Positions 8,238-53,697 of a stretch of 64,000 bases of DNA are shown here, piece by piece (position 1 is the first letter of the stretch; each line of letters begins with the position of its first letter). This DNA comes from Thermoanaerobaculia bacterium. GTDB taxonomy: Bacteria > Acidobacteriota > Thermoanaerobaculia > Gp7-AA8. Made by a program: the position numbers and the translations under genes. The notes below the pieces were generated by a model. That model was not told the origin of the DNA. It was given only the letters and a program-made list of their open reading frames with translations, and made no database searches. The stretch spans positions 63 to 64,062 of the forward strand of contig DASPNA010000155.1 of assembly GCA_035626775.1 (NCBI GenBank), given 5' to 3'.

Positions 8238-9688
8238 TTCCTTCGCTCGACCTGTTGGGCGGACGCGTCGTGCGGCTCACACGCGGTGCGTTCGAGAGCG
8301 CGCGCGTGTATGGCGAGCCGGAGGCGGTGCTGGACTCACTCGAAGTGCCGCGCGGCACGCGACTGCACGTCATCGACCTGGAAGGCTCGCGCAGCGGCGC
8401 TCCGATCGAGACAGAGGTCGTGCGCAGACTCGCGCAACGCGACCTCGCCGTGCAGGTCGGCGGCGGCGTGCGCTCGCTCGAAGACGCTCTGCGATGGTTC
8501 GATTGCGGCGCGGATCGCGTCGTCGTCGGCACCGTCACGGCGGATGCACCGCGTTTGCTTGCGTTGCTCGTCGAACAGTTTGGCGCCGAGCGCATTCTGC
8601 CGGCGATCGACGTTCGCGATGGCGTCATTCGCGTCGACGGCTGGTCGCGCGCGTCGTCGACGTCGCTGCGCGATGCGTTCGCGTGCATCGAAGCGCTCGG
8701 CATCCGCGAAGTGCTCGTGACTGACATCTCGAAAGACGGTGTGCTGCGCGGTCCTTCGTTCGCGTTGTACCGCGAGCTGCGCGGGATGACGCGCGTGCGA
8801 TTGATTGCATCCGGCGGCGTCTCGACCACGACCGACATCGTCTCGCTCGCCCGCCTGGGCAACGTGAGCGGCTGCGTAATCGGCCGCGCGTTGCTCGAAC
8901 GGCACATCGATCTCCGCCGCGCTCGCGCGCGATTGGCAGTGCCGGATGCGATTCCGGAGCGCATCATCCCGTGCCTCGACGTACGTGACGGCCGCGTCGT
9001 CAAGGGCGTCTCGTTCACGAACGTGCGCGACGCCGGCGATCCGGTCGAATGTGCGATGCGTTACGAGGCGGAAGGCGCCGATGAACTGGTGATGCTCGAC
9101 ACCTCCGCGACCGATCGCGGGGCCGCGACGGCAGTCGAGACCGTGCGTCGCGTTGCGGACTCGATCTTCATTCCGCTCACGGTCGGCGGCGGCGTGCGCA
9201 CACGCGAAGAGTTTCGTGCGCTGCTGCGCGCTGGAGCGGACCGCGTTGCGCTCAACACCGCGGCGGTGCGGCGTCCGGAACTGATTCGCGAATGTGCCCA
9301 GGAGTTCGGCGTTCAGGCGGTGGTGCTCTCGTGCGATGCGAAGGATGGTCGTGCGACCGTGCGCAGCGGCAACGAGGTGACCGGCATCGACGTCGTCGAC
9401 TGGTGCCGTCGCGCAGAGGAGCTGGGTGCGGGAGAGATTTTGCTCACGTCGGTCGAGCGGGACGGCACGAACCGCGGCTTCGACATCGAGTTGCTGCGCG
9501 CGGTGACGAGCGCGTTGACGATCGGCGTGATCGCATCCGGCGGCGCCGGACGCGTCGAGGACTTTCGCGATGCGATCGAAGCGGGCGGCGCGCGCGCCGT
9601 GCTCGCGGCTTCGCTCTTTCACGATCGTGTGCTGAGCATCAGCGCTGTCAAACAGCATCTTCGAGAAGAAGGGATTCCAGTGCGATGA
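8228..9688 (+). CDS. hisA/hisF: fused HisA~HisF: ProFAR isomerase joined to the IGP synthase cyclase subunit in one 486-aa ORF
   Basis: N-terminal half: [33 protein letters not shown] (HisA). From about aa 250: [34 protein letters not shown] (HisF). There is no stop codon between the halves in the given sequence. Confidence 0.85.
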   Translation: MQLIPSLDLLGGRVVRLTRGAFESARVYGEPEAVLDSLEVPRGTRLHVIDLEGSRSGAPIETEVVRRLAQRDLAVQVGGGVRSLEDALRWFDCGADRVVVGTVTADAPRLLALLVEQFGAERILPAIDVRDGVIRVDGWSRASSTSLRDAFACIEALGIREVLVTDISKDGVLRGPSFALYRELRGMTRVRLIASGGVSTTTDIVSLARLGNVSGCVIGRALLERHIDLRRARARLAVPDAIPERIIPCLDVRDGRVVKGVSFTNVRDAGDPVECAMRYEAEGADELVMLDTSATDRGAATAVETVRRVADSIFIPLTVGGGVRTREEFRALLRAGADRVALNTAAVRRPELIRECAQEFGVQAVVLSCDAKDGRATVRSGNEVTGIDVVDWCRRAEELGAGEILLTSVERDGTNRGFDIELLRAVTSALTIGVIASGGAGRVEDFRDAIEAGGARAVLAASLFHDRVLSISAVKQHLREEGIPVR

Positions 9689-10284
9689 GACTCATCCCTG
9701 CCATCGTTCGAGACAGCCGCAGCGGCGCGGTGCTGACGCTCGCGTACATGAATGACGAGTCGCTGGCGAAGACGCGCGAGAGCGGCGAGACGTGGTTCTG
9801 GAGCCGCAGCCGCAACGAGCTGTGGCACAAGGGTGCGACGAGCGGCAACACGCAGCGCGTGATTCACATCGCCGAGGATTGCGACGGCGATGCGCTCGTC
9901 GTGACGGTCGAGCCGAACGGCCCTGCATGTCACAACGGCACGACGTCGTGTTTTCGCAACGTGCCGGAGTTGCCGCTCGAGCGGCTGATGGCCGTGCTGC
10001 GCGCGCGCCACGAGTTGCGTCCGAGCGATTCGTATAGCGCGTATCTCTTCACCGAAGGGCTCGACAAGATCCTGAAGAAGATCGGTGAAGAGGCGACGGA
10101 AGTCGTGATCGCCGCGAAAGGCACGAGCCGCGAGCGGCTGGTCAGCGAGCTCGCCGACCTCGTGTTTCACCTGAGCGTGCTGATGGTGAATGAAGGCGTC
10201 GAGTGGCGCGACGTCGAGGCAGAGCTGGAAGCGCGAATTTGGAGTGCGGCGGCACAGCCGCCGCTTTCAAAGCGGCAGTGTTAG
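9685..10284 (+). CDS. hisIE: bifunctional phosphoribosyl-AMP cyclohydrolase / phosphoribosyl-ATP pyrophosphatase
   Basis: HisI: [37 protein letters not shown]. HisE: [33 protein letters not shown] overlap with the hisA~F stop. The last ~14 aa ([15 protein letters not shown]) and the stop come from a Family A element. Confidence 0.9.
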   Translation: MRLIPAIVRDSRSGAVLTLAYMNDESLAKTRESGETWFWSRSRNELWHKGATSGNTQRVIHIAEDCDGDALVVTVEPNGPACHNGTTSCFRNVPELPLERLMAVLRARHELRPSDSYSAYLFTEGLDKILKKIGEEATEVVIAAKGTSRERLVSELADLVFHLSVLMVNEGVEWRDVEAELEARIWSAAAQPPLSKRQC

Positions 10285-10297
10285 CTGCCGCACTCCA
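10240..10297. repeat. Family A palindromic element (58 bp) between the convergent hisIE and PKS-NRPS genes
   Basis: TGGAGTGCGGCGGCACAGCCGCCGCTTTCAAAGCGGCAGTGTTAGCTGCCGCACTCCA. Outer stem TGGAGTGC/GCACTCCA encloses hairpins GGCGGC-ACA-GCCGCC and GGCAG-...-CTGCC. Confidence 0.9.
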
Positions 10298-10303
10298 AGT
10301 GGG

Positions 10304-26697
<16,394 letters not shown>

Positions 26698-26701
<4 letters not shown>

Positions 26702-29700
26702 CGCTGGGAACGTGGTCGGGCGGCGGCACGCGCGCGGCGTTGCGTCGCTTCTTTCTGAGCTTTGATGCGGTCGTGGGCGTCTTGTTTTTTCTCCCTCGCC
26801 GGCTGCAGTCGCGCGGCGAGCGCTCCGACGCTCGGATAACGAAAGAGGTCGACGATGGTCAGCTCGGCGCTCAACCGCGTGCGCAGTTGTGCGAGCACGC
26901 GTGCGAGGAGGAGCGAGTGTCCGCCGAGGTCGAAGAAGTTGTCGTCGGTGCCGATGGCGTCGACGCCGAGCACGTCACGCCAGACATCGGCGATCACGCG
27001 TTCGAGGTCGGACGAGGGGCGACGGACTTCGCGGCGCTGTTCGACCGGCACGGGCAAGGCGCGCCAGTCGATCTTGCCATTTGGCGTGAGGGGGAGTGAA
27101 TCGATGAAGACGAAGGTCGACGGGATCATGTAATCAGGGAGGCGGTCGCGGAGTGCGTTGCGGAGCGACCCCTCATCCGCCCTTCGGGCACCTTCTCCCC
27201 TCGCGGAGGGGAGAAGATCACCATGGGTAGCCCTCGTCCCGCTTGCGGGGCGAGGGTGGCCGAAGGCCGGGTGAGGGGACGCGACGACATAAGCGACGAG
27301 CTGCTTGCCGCGCAGCATCACCGCGGCCTGCGCAACATCTTCGTGCGACGTCAGCGCGGCTTCGATCTCGCCGGGCTCGATGCGGAAGCCGCGCAGCTTG
27401 ATCTGGCGATCGGCGCGGCCGAGAAACTCGAGGGTGTTGTTCTCGAGCCGGCGGGTGAGATCGCCAGTGCGATACATGCGTTCGCCATTCGCGAACGGAT
27501 CGGCGACGAAACGTTCTGCGCTGAGCGCCGGTCGTTCGAGATAGCCCTGCGCAACGCCGGAGCCGGCGACGTACAACTCACCGGCGACACCGATCGGTAC
27601 GGGATGCAGCGACGAGTCGAGGACGTACGTGCGCGCGTTTGCGATCGGGCCGCCGATCGGGACGTGCGTGGCATCGTCCGCGATCGCGTCGACGGGAAAG
27701 AACGTCGCGTAGGTCGTGGTCTCGGATGGACCGTACATGTGCAGCAGACGTTGTGGCGGTGCGGCACGAAGGACGTCGCGGAAACGTTCGGGATCGGCGT
27801 TCTCGCCGCCGGTGAGCAGGCAGCGCAGCGCGGAGAAGGCCGACGGCATTTCGAGCGCGACCTGATTGAAGAGCTGCGTGGTGAGGAAGAGGACGGTGAT
27901 GCCCGCGTCGTGAATGGCGCGGTCGAGCGCGTGCGGGTCGAGGAGAGCTTCGCGGCGCATGATGACCAGCCGCGCGCCGTGCAGCAGCGCGCCCCACACT
28001 TCGAACACGGCTGCGTCGAACGACGCGTTCGAGCCTTGCGCGACGCGGTCGTGCGTGTCGAGCTGGAGATAGTTCGTGTCGACCACCAGGCGCACGACGG
28101 AGCGATGCGTGACCACGACGCCTTTCGCCGGACCGGTGGAGCCGGAGGTGTAGATGACGTACGCGGGATGTTGCGGCAGCAGCGGCGCCGTGCGATCGGG
28201 GTCGGTGGGATCGTGCGCAGGTGCGTCGTGCTCTTCATCGATGAGCAGCACGCGCGCGGATTGCGGCAGGCATGCGCGGAACTCGCGCGTGGTGAGCAGG
28301 ATGGCCGGTGACGCGTCGTCGATCATCGCGGCGATGCGCGCGGCCGGATATTCAGGATCGAGCGGCAGGTATGCGGCTCCTGCTTTCACGGTCGCCAGCA
28401 CGGCCACGATCATGTCGGCGGAGCGTTCGAGCGCGATTCCGATCAGATCGCCCGTACGTGCGCCGTACGCCAGGAGCGCGTGCGCAAGCCGGTTCGCGCG
28501 TTCGTTGAGCGCGCGATATGTGAGCGCGGTTTCGCCGTCGACGAGCGCGATGGCGTCGGGTCGCTGAGCGACTTGTCGTTCGAAAAGCTCGGTCAGCGTG
28601 TCGTCGGAATCCAATCTGGAGCGACGGGCCCTCAGCCCGTCGAGAACATCCGACGGGCTGAGAGCCGGTCGTTCCAGGTCGGGGAAATGAAGCTCGTGCA
28701 GGAGTGGATCGTGCGTGGCCTGCTCGAGGAATCCGATGAAGCGTGCGGCGAGCGATTCGATCTCTTCCCGCGAGAACTGCGAGCGTTGGTAGTCGAACCG
28801 CAGGCGCATGCGATCGCCTGGGATGCCGGCCAGACTGAGCGGATAGTGCGTCGCGTCGCGACCATCTGCCGCAACAATCTGCAACTCGCCGCGCGCCTCC
28901 GCTGCATCGAGCGGATAGTTTTCGAACACGACCAGCGTGTCGAAGAGCTGGCCGATGCCGGCGGCGCGTTGGATGTCGGCGAGTCCGGCGAACTGCACCG
29001 GCATGAGGCGGGTCTGATCGTTCTGGATCTCGTGGAGCAGCGTCGAGAGTCGCTTGCCGGGCGCGAGTTGCGCGCGCAACGGCAGCGTATTGATGAAGAG
29101 GCCGAGCATTACTTCGACACCCGCGAGCTCCGGCGGGCGGCCGGAGACGGTCACGCCGAAGACGATGTCGTCGCGGCCGGTGAGGCGTGCGAGCAGCACG
29201 GCCCACAAGCCTTGCAGCAGCGTGTTCTGGGTGAGTCCTTCGCGGCGTGTGAGTCGTTGCAACAGCGCGGTGAGCTCGGAGGAGAGCTCAACCTCTCTGG
29301 AGCGACGCGCTCTCAGGCCGTCGGGGTGCGTCGAAGGGCTGAGAGCCCGTCGTTCCAGGCGCGTCGGCTCTTCGAGGCCGGAGAGATAGGCGCGCCACGT
29401 CTCGATCGCGGACTGTTGGTCTTGTCGCGTGAGCCATGCGAGGTAGTCCGCGTACGAACGCGCGGGCGGCAGCGCGTCGCCGTTGTACAGCGCGAGCAAC
29501 TCGTTGAAGAGGATCGGCATCGACCAGCCGTCGAGCAGCACGTGATGGTTCGTCAGGGTGAGCCGATGGCGATCGTCGTCGGTGCGGACGAGTGAGAAGC
29601 GCAGCAGCGGCGCGTGCGCGAGATCGAAGCGCGCGCCGTCATCTTCCACCTCGCGCCACGGTACGTCGACCTCGCGCGCAATGACCTGCACTGGACGAAC

Positions 29701-32700
29701 GAGACCTTCCTGCACGATGGCAGCGCGGAGGTTCTCGTGGCGCGCCACGAGTGCGTTCGCGGCGTTGCGCATGCGCGCGGCGTCGAGTGGGCCGGAGAGC
29801 TCGACGCAGAGTTGCACGGTGTACACGTCGTGCGCACTGGCGTCGTGGAGCGTGTGATAGACGAGGCCTTCCTGCAGCGATGAGAGCGGCAGGATGGTTT
29901 CGATATCGGGATAGCGCGCTTCGAGCGTTTCGACTTCGTGCTGCGAGAGCGCGACCAGTGGAAAGTCGGACGGTGTGTGACCTTTTGCGCCGCGCGCGAC
30001 GTCGGATGCGAGGTGTTCGAGCGCATCGCGCCAGCGGTTCGCGAGTGTGCGCACGTGCGCTTCGTCGAAATGACGTGTGGCCCATGTCCAGGTCGCGGTC
30101 AGGCGCGGACCGGCCGGCTCGTCGAGCACCTGGGCGTTGATGTCGAGTGGGTGGAACAGCGGCATCGAGGGATGAACGTTCTCGATGTTTGCGTCCTCGT
30201 CGACGGGTGACCACTCCCCTTCCCGTGTTGTCGCGATGCGGCCGAGGTAGTTGAAGCCGACCTGTGCCGGAGTTTGTGCGGGTGCCATGGCGCGCAGTTG
30301 TTCCTTGACCTGTTTGATCGAGCCGCCGATGGCGACCGTGTCGATGCGCGTGAACCAGCCGACGGTGCGGGAGAGATCGAATGCGCCGTCGCGGCCGTGG
30401 CTTTCGAGATCGATGACGAGGCTTTTCTCGCCGAATGCGTTTGCGAGTGCGGTGAGGAGGACGTCGTTGATGCGCGCGTGGAAGGCGGCGGGGACCGTGG
30501 TTAAGAGTTGGGACGTTAGAGCTGTTGGGATGTCGAGCGTGAGGTGTCTTGCAGTCGCGAACGTGTCGAGTTTGGGATCGAGAGCGGCGGCTGGCGCTGC
30601 CGCTTGGAAAGCGGCGGCTGGCGCCGCCGCACTCCATACGCGGAAAGGGATTGGTTCGGGATCAATAGGTTCGCCGCGAAGGGCGGCCACGAGATCCTGA
30701 TGGAGGATGCGCCATGAGACGCCGTCAACCGCGAGGTGGTGGATGATCAGCAGCAGGCGAGTCGGCGACCAGACGGCTTCGAAGATGCGGCCGTTGCGCG
30801 CGCCGAACTGGAACGACGGGCTCTCAGCCTGTCGAATGTCGGTGATGCGCGTCAATCGCTCGCGCGCGGAGACGCTGCCGCGCGGCGCGATGATCAAACG
30901 GTCGCCTTCGAGGCGCATGCGCAACGCGTCGTGTGTGTCGAGCAGCGTCTGTAACGCGGCGACGAGTTTCTCTTGGTCGAGATCTTCGGGCGTTGAAAGC
31001 AGTAGCGATTGGTTGAAGCGATCGCCCGCTGAGCCACTACGTTCGAGGAATGAGCGCATCAGCGGCGTGGGCATCACTTCGCCGATCGCGTCTTCTTCGC
31101 TCCACGTCGGGCGGGCTTGCGCGATCTTCGCGACCGCGGAAAGCGCTTCGACGGTCTGATGCTGGAAGACGTCGCGCGGCGTGAGCTCGAGGCCCGCTTT
31201 GCGTGCGCGGCTGACGAGCTGGATGGCGATGATGCTGTCGCCGCCGAGAGTGAAGAAGTTGTCTTCGACGCCGACCTTGTCGAGGGTGAGCACTGCGGCG
31301 AAGAGATCGCCGAGGAGTTGTTGCTCGCGCGTGCGCGGTGCGCGATAGGTTTCCGTTTGGCGATCGGGTGCGGGAAGTTTCGCGTGATCGAGTTTGCCGT
31401 TGGCGTTGAGCGGGAGTGCGTCGAGGTAGACGAACGCGCTCGGAATCATGTAGTCGGGGAGGCGCTGCGCGAGCGCAGCGCGCAACCCCTCATCCGCCCT
31501 TCGGGCACCTTCTCCCCTCTGCGGAGGGGAGAAGGCTCCATTGGGTAGCCCTCGCCACGCTTGCAGGGAGAGGCGCAACCCCTCATCCGCCCTTCGGGCA
31601 CCTTCTCCCCTCTGCGGAGGGGAGAAGGCTCCATTGGCTAGCCCTCGCCCCGCTTGCGGGGAGAGGCGCAACCCTTCATCCGCCCTTCGGGCACCTTCTC
31701 CCCTCTGCGGAGGGGAGAAGGCTCCATTGGGTAGCCCTCGCCCCGCTTGCGGGGAGAGGCGCAACCCTTCATCCGCCCTTCGGGCGCCTTCTCCCCTCTG
31801 CGGAGGGGAGAAGGCTCCATTGGGTAGCCCTCTCCCCGCTTGCGGGGAGAGGGTGGCCGAAGGCCGGGTGAGGGGCGTCGCCACGATGTAGGCAACCAGC
31901 CGTTGGTCGCGCGCGATCACGACCGCTTCGCGAATGCCGTCCTGTGCGAGCAGCGCCGTTTCGATCTCGCCGAGCTCGATGCGGAAGCCGCGCAGCTTGA
32001 CCTGAGCGTCGATGCGGCCGAGGAAGTCGAGGTTTCCGTCTGCACGCCAGCGAGCGAGATCGCCGGTTCGGTACATGCGTTCACCGGTCGCGAACGGATT
32101 GGCGACGAAGCGCTCCGCGGTCATCGCGGCGCGGCCGACATAACCGCGCGCGAGACCTTCGCCGGCGACGTACAGCTCCCCTGCTACGCCGATCGGCACC
32201 GGTTCGAGATTCGCGTCGAGCACGTACACGCGCGTGTTGTCGATCGGGCTGCCGATGGGGATGCTGCCGCGCAGCTCGTGATCGCGCGGGACCGGATAGC
32301 AGGAGGTGAAGGTCGTGTTCTCGGTGGGGCCGTATCCGTTGATGACGTGGGTTACTTTGCGGGCGCGTTCGACGGCGTCGACCGATACCACGTCACCGCC
32401 GGTGAGCAACTGCTGCACGCCCGCGAGCGCTGGCAGTGCGTAGTTCACCATCTGCGTGAAGAGGCCAGAGGTCAGCCACAGCGTGTTCACGCGTTGCGCG
32501 ACGACGGCGGCGCCGATCTCTTGGACCGATGGCAGGCCCGGTGGCATGAGCACCACGGTTCCGCCGTTCAGCAGCGGGCCCCAGATCTCGAGCGTGGCCG
32601 CGTCGAAGCTGAGCGGGGCCATGTGCAGCATGCGGGTGTTCTTGTCGAGTGTCGCGAAGTTGGGTTCGTGGACCAGGCGCATCACCGCGGCGTGTGTGAC

Positions 32701-34676
32701 GAGCACGCCTTTTGGAGTGCCGGTGGAGCCGGAAGTGAAATTGACGTAGGCGAGGTTGGCCGGCGTCAACGCGACGCGCGGGTTCGTATCGTCGGGATGT
32801 TTGAAGTGATCGTTGGCGATGACGTGTGTGAGCGCTGCGTCGCGGATGAACTGCTCGCGGCGGAGCGGAGGAAGCTCGGCATCGAGCGGGACGTAGGCGG
32901 CGCCGGCTTTGAGGATGCCGACGAGAGCCGCGATCAGGTCGAGCGACCGATCCATCGTGAGGCCGACGAGGTCGTCGGGTCGCACGCCGTCCGAGATGAG
33001 CGCGTGCGCGACTCGATTCGCGCGCTCGTTCAATTCGCCGTACATCAACGACTCGTCGCCCATCATGACCGCGATTGCGGTCGGGTCCTGCGACTCGAAC
33101 ATCTGCACGATGCTCTGAACGGGTATCGCGCGATCGGTGTCGTTGAAGTCGCACAGCAACTGTTGCCGCTCTTCGCGATCGAGAATGTCAACGCGATGCA
33201 GCGGTACATCGGGTTGCGCGACCGCCGCTTCGAGCAAACGCACGAAGCGTGCGGCGATGCCTTCGGCCGTCGCGTGATCGAAGAGGTCGACCGAATATTC
33301 GAGCTCCCCTTCCAGCCGCTCATCCATCGTGAGCATCAGGTCGAACTTGGCCACTTCCCAGCGCAGCGGCTCGGGCGTGATGGTCAGACCGGGCAACGCG
33401 AGCTCGCTTGCGGGCGCGTTCTGCATCGACAGCAGGACCTGGAACAAGGGATGACGCCCGAGTGAGCGAGCCGGATCGAGCGCTTCCACCACCTGCTGGA
33501 AAGGCACGCGGTCGTTGCGATACGCCTCCAGGTCGAACGCGCGCACGCGTGCGATGAGCTCGCGGAACGTCGGAAGTCCGGAGACGTCCGTGCGCAGGAC
33601 GAGCGTGTTGAGAAAGAGGCCGATCAGATTCTCGAGTGACTCTTCATCGCGGCCGGAGATGGCCGTGCCGATGGGGATGTCGGTGCCGCAGCCGAGTCGC
33701 GAGAGCAGTGCCGCGAGTGCGGCCTGCAACACCATGAACACGCTCGCGTTGCTGCGCAGCGCGAGCTGCTTCACCGCGTCGCGCAACTCCCGATCGATTC
33801 GTAAAGGAACGGTCGCGCCGCGATGCGTCGCCGCAAGCGGCCGCGCACGATCCACCGGCAATGCAAGCTCCTCGGGAATCCCGCGCAGCGCATCGCGCCA
33901 GAACGCGAGCTGCTTTGCGATGACGCTGTTCGGATCGTGTTCGTCGCCGAGTCGCGCACGCTGGCGTAGGGTGTAATCGGCGTATTGCAGCGGTAGTTTC
34001 AAAAGCGAGCGACCGGCGTACGCTTCGGTGAGATCGCGCGCGAGCACGCCCAGCGACCAGCCGTCGCCGGCGATGTGATGGAGCACGAGCAGCAGTACGT
34101 GATTGTCGGGCGCGATGCGGAACAGACGCGCGCGCAAGGGCAGGTCTCGCGTGAGGTCGAAGCCGCGGCTTGCCTCTTCGTGCAGGCGGTCGTGCAGTTC
34201 GTCTTCGCTTGTCATCCCGAGCGGAGCGAGGGACCCGGGCGCGAGGGGCGAGTTACGCGCGCCACCGCCCAGGTCCCTCGTTACGCTCGGGATGACATGT
34301 TGATACGGCACGCCGTCGGCTTCCGGAAATGTCGTCCGCAGCGATTCGTGGCGGCGCACGACATCGGCAATCGCGTCTTCGAGCGCGTCTACGTTCAACG
34401 ATCCTGTAAGCCGCAGCGCGATCGGGAGGTTGTACGTCGCGGCGCGATCGTCGATCCGGTTGAGGAGCCAGAGCCGCATCTGCGCGTAGGACAGCGGCAC
34501 TCGCTCGGGGCGCTTGGCGAGCAAGTGGATGAGTTGCTGCTTGTGATCGGCGAGCGCGGAACGCGTCGAGGCGTCGAGCGCGTGCTTCGGGCCGCGCGCG
34601 CGCAGTTGCTCCCCTTCCACCCACAGCTCAACCCCAGCTTCCGAAAGGCGCGCGACGAGCTCGGCGACGGCGCTCA

Positions 34677-34677
<1 letters not shown>
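26698..34677 (-). CDS. non-ribosomal peptide synthetase, 2659 aa: TubC-like N-terminal docking domain, then modules 6-7 (C-A-T-E / C-A-T)
   Basis: N-terminus [31 protein letters not shown]...[86 protein letters not shown]. The start shares one base with the upstream stop (TGATG at 34677). Confidence 0.95.
27180..27289. repeat. full 110-bp B/C composite element, A-domain loop of module 7
   Basis: CCCCTCATCCGCCCTTCGGGCACCTTCTCCCCTCGCGGAGGGGAGAAG...GCCCTCGTCCCGCTTGCGGGGCGAGGGTGGCCGAAGGCCGGGTGAGGGG. The termini are imperfect inverted repeats. Host peptide [37 protein letters not shown]. Confidence 0.9.
28616..28677. repeat. Family E element, C-A linker of module 7
   Basis: CTGGAGCGACGGGCCCTCAGCCCGTCG...CGACGGGCTGAGAGCCGGTCGTTCCAG. 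Host peptide [22 protein letters not shown]. Confidence 0.9.
29297..29358. repeat. Family E element inside the C domain of module 7
   Basis: CTGGAGCGACGCGCTCTCAGGCCGTCG...GAAGGGCTGAGAGCCCGTCGTTCCAG. Host peptide [22 protein letters not shown]. Confidence 0.9.
30584..30636. repeat. Family A element (truncated) in the E domain of module 6
   Basis: GCGGCGGCTGGCGCTGCCGCTTGGAAAGCGGCGGCTGGCGCCGCCGCACTCCA. Host peptide [23 protein letters not shown]. Confidence 0.85.
30808..30834. repeat. Family E half element in the E domain of module 6
   Basis: CTGGAACGACGGGCTCTCAGCCTGTCG. Host peptide RQAESPSFQ. Confidence 0.7.
31480..31875. repeat. tandem array: 93-bp unit (B hairpin plus C hairpin) x ~4.25, in frame in the A-domain loop of module 6
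   Basis: Units start at 31480, 31573, 31666 and 31759 (GCGCAACCCCTCATCC...). The last unit ends with the full C arm GGTGGCCGAAGGCCGGGTGAGGGG (to 31875). The host protein shows 4 x 31 aa: [31 protein letters not shown]. Confidence 0.95.
34211..34296. repeat. Family F palindromic element (GTCATCCCGAGCGNAGCGAGGGACC ... inverted) in the C domain of module 6
   Basis: GTCATCCCGAGCGGAGCGAGGGACC-(36 nt)-GGTCCCTCGTTACGCTCGGGATGAC. Host peptide [29 protein letters not shown]. The paralogous module-9 C domain has a shorter segment here ([18 protein letters not shown]). Confidence 0.85.
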
Positions 34678-53600
<18,923 letters not shown>

Positions 53601-53697
53601 TGGAGTGTCTCCGCCTGCTGAAGATTTGTGGACTGCCCTGCTACCTGGACTTTTTTCCGTACATCGTGAGTCTAGTCAGGACGGGCGGGCGTGCCGT

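Noticed and set aside
8336-9658. 440-aa minus-strand ORF antisense to hisA~F
   Set aside because: Antisense artefact. The plus strand has unambiguous HisA and HisF motifs.
10240-10297. Family A element as a tRNA-like gene or canonical rho-independent terminator
   Set aside because: It is only 58 nt, with no anticodon or T-loop features, and it is present in many copies, including inside ORFs. No U-tract follows it on either strand, so terminator function is only a hypothesis (see findings).
31480-31875. Regular 93-bp periodic array as a possible CRISPR locus
   Set aside because: There are no unique spacers. The whole unit repeats, the period is an exact multiple of 3, and it lies in frame inside an A domain. 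No cas genes are nearby.
53601-53697. Possible terminator or promoter between the ABC exporter and NRPS gene 1 (T-run at about 53650 on the plus strand)
   Set aside because: On the transcribed (minus) strand the run is an A-tract preceding, not following, any stem. I found no convincing hairpin, so co-transcription seems more likely.
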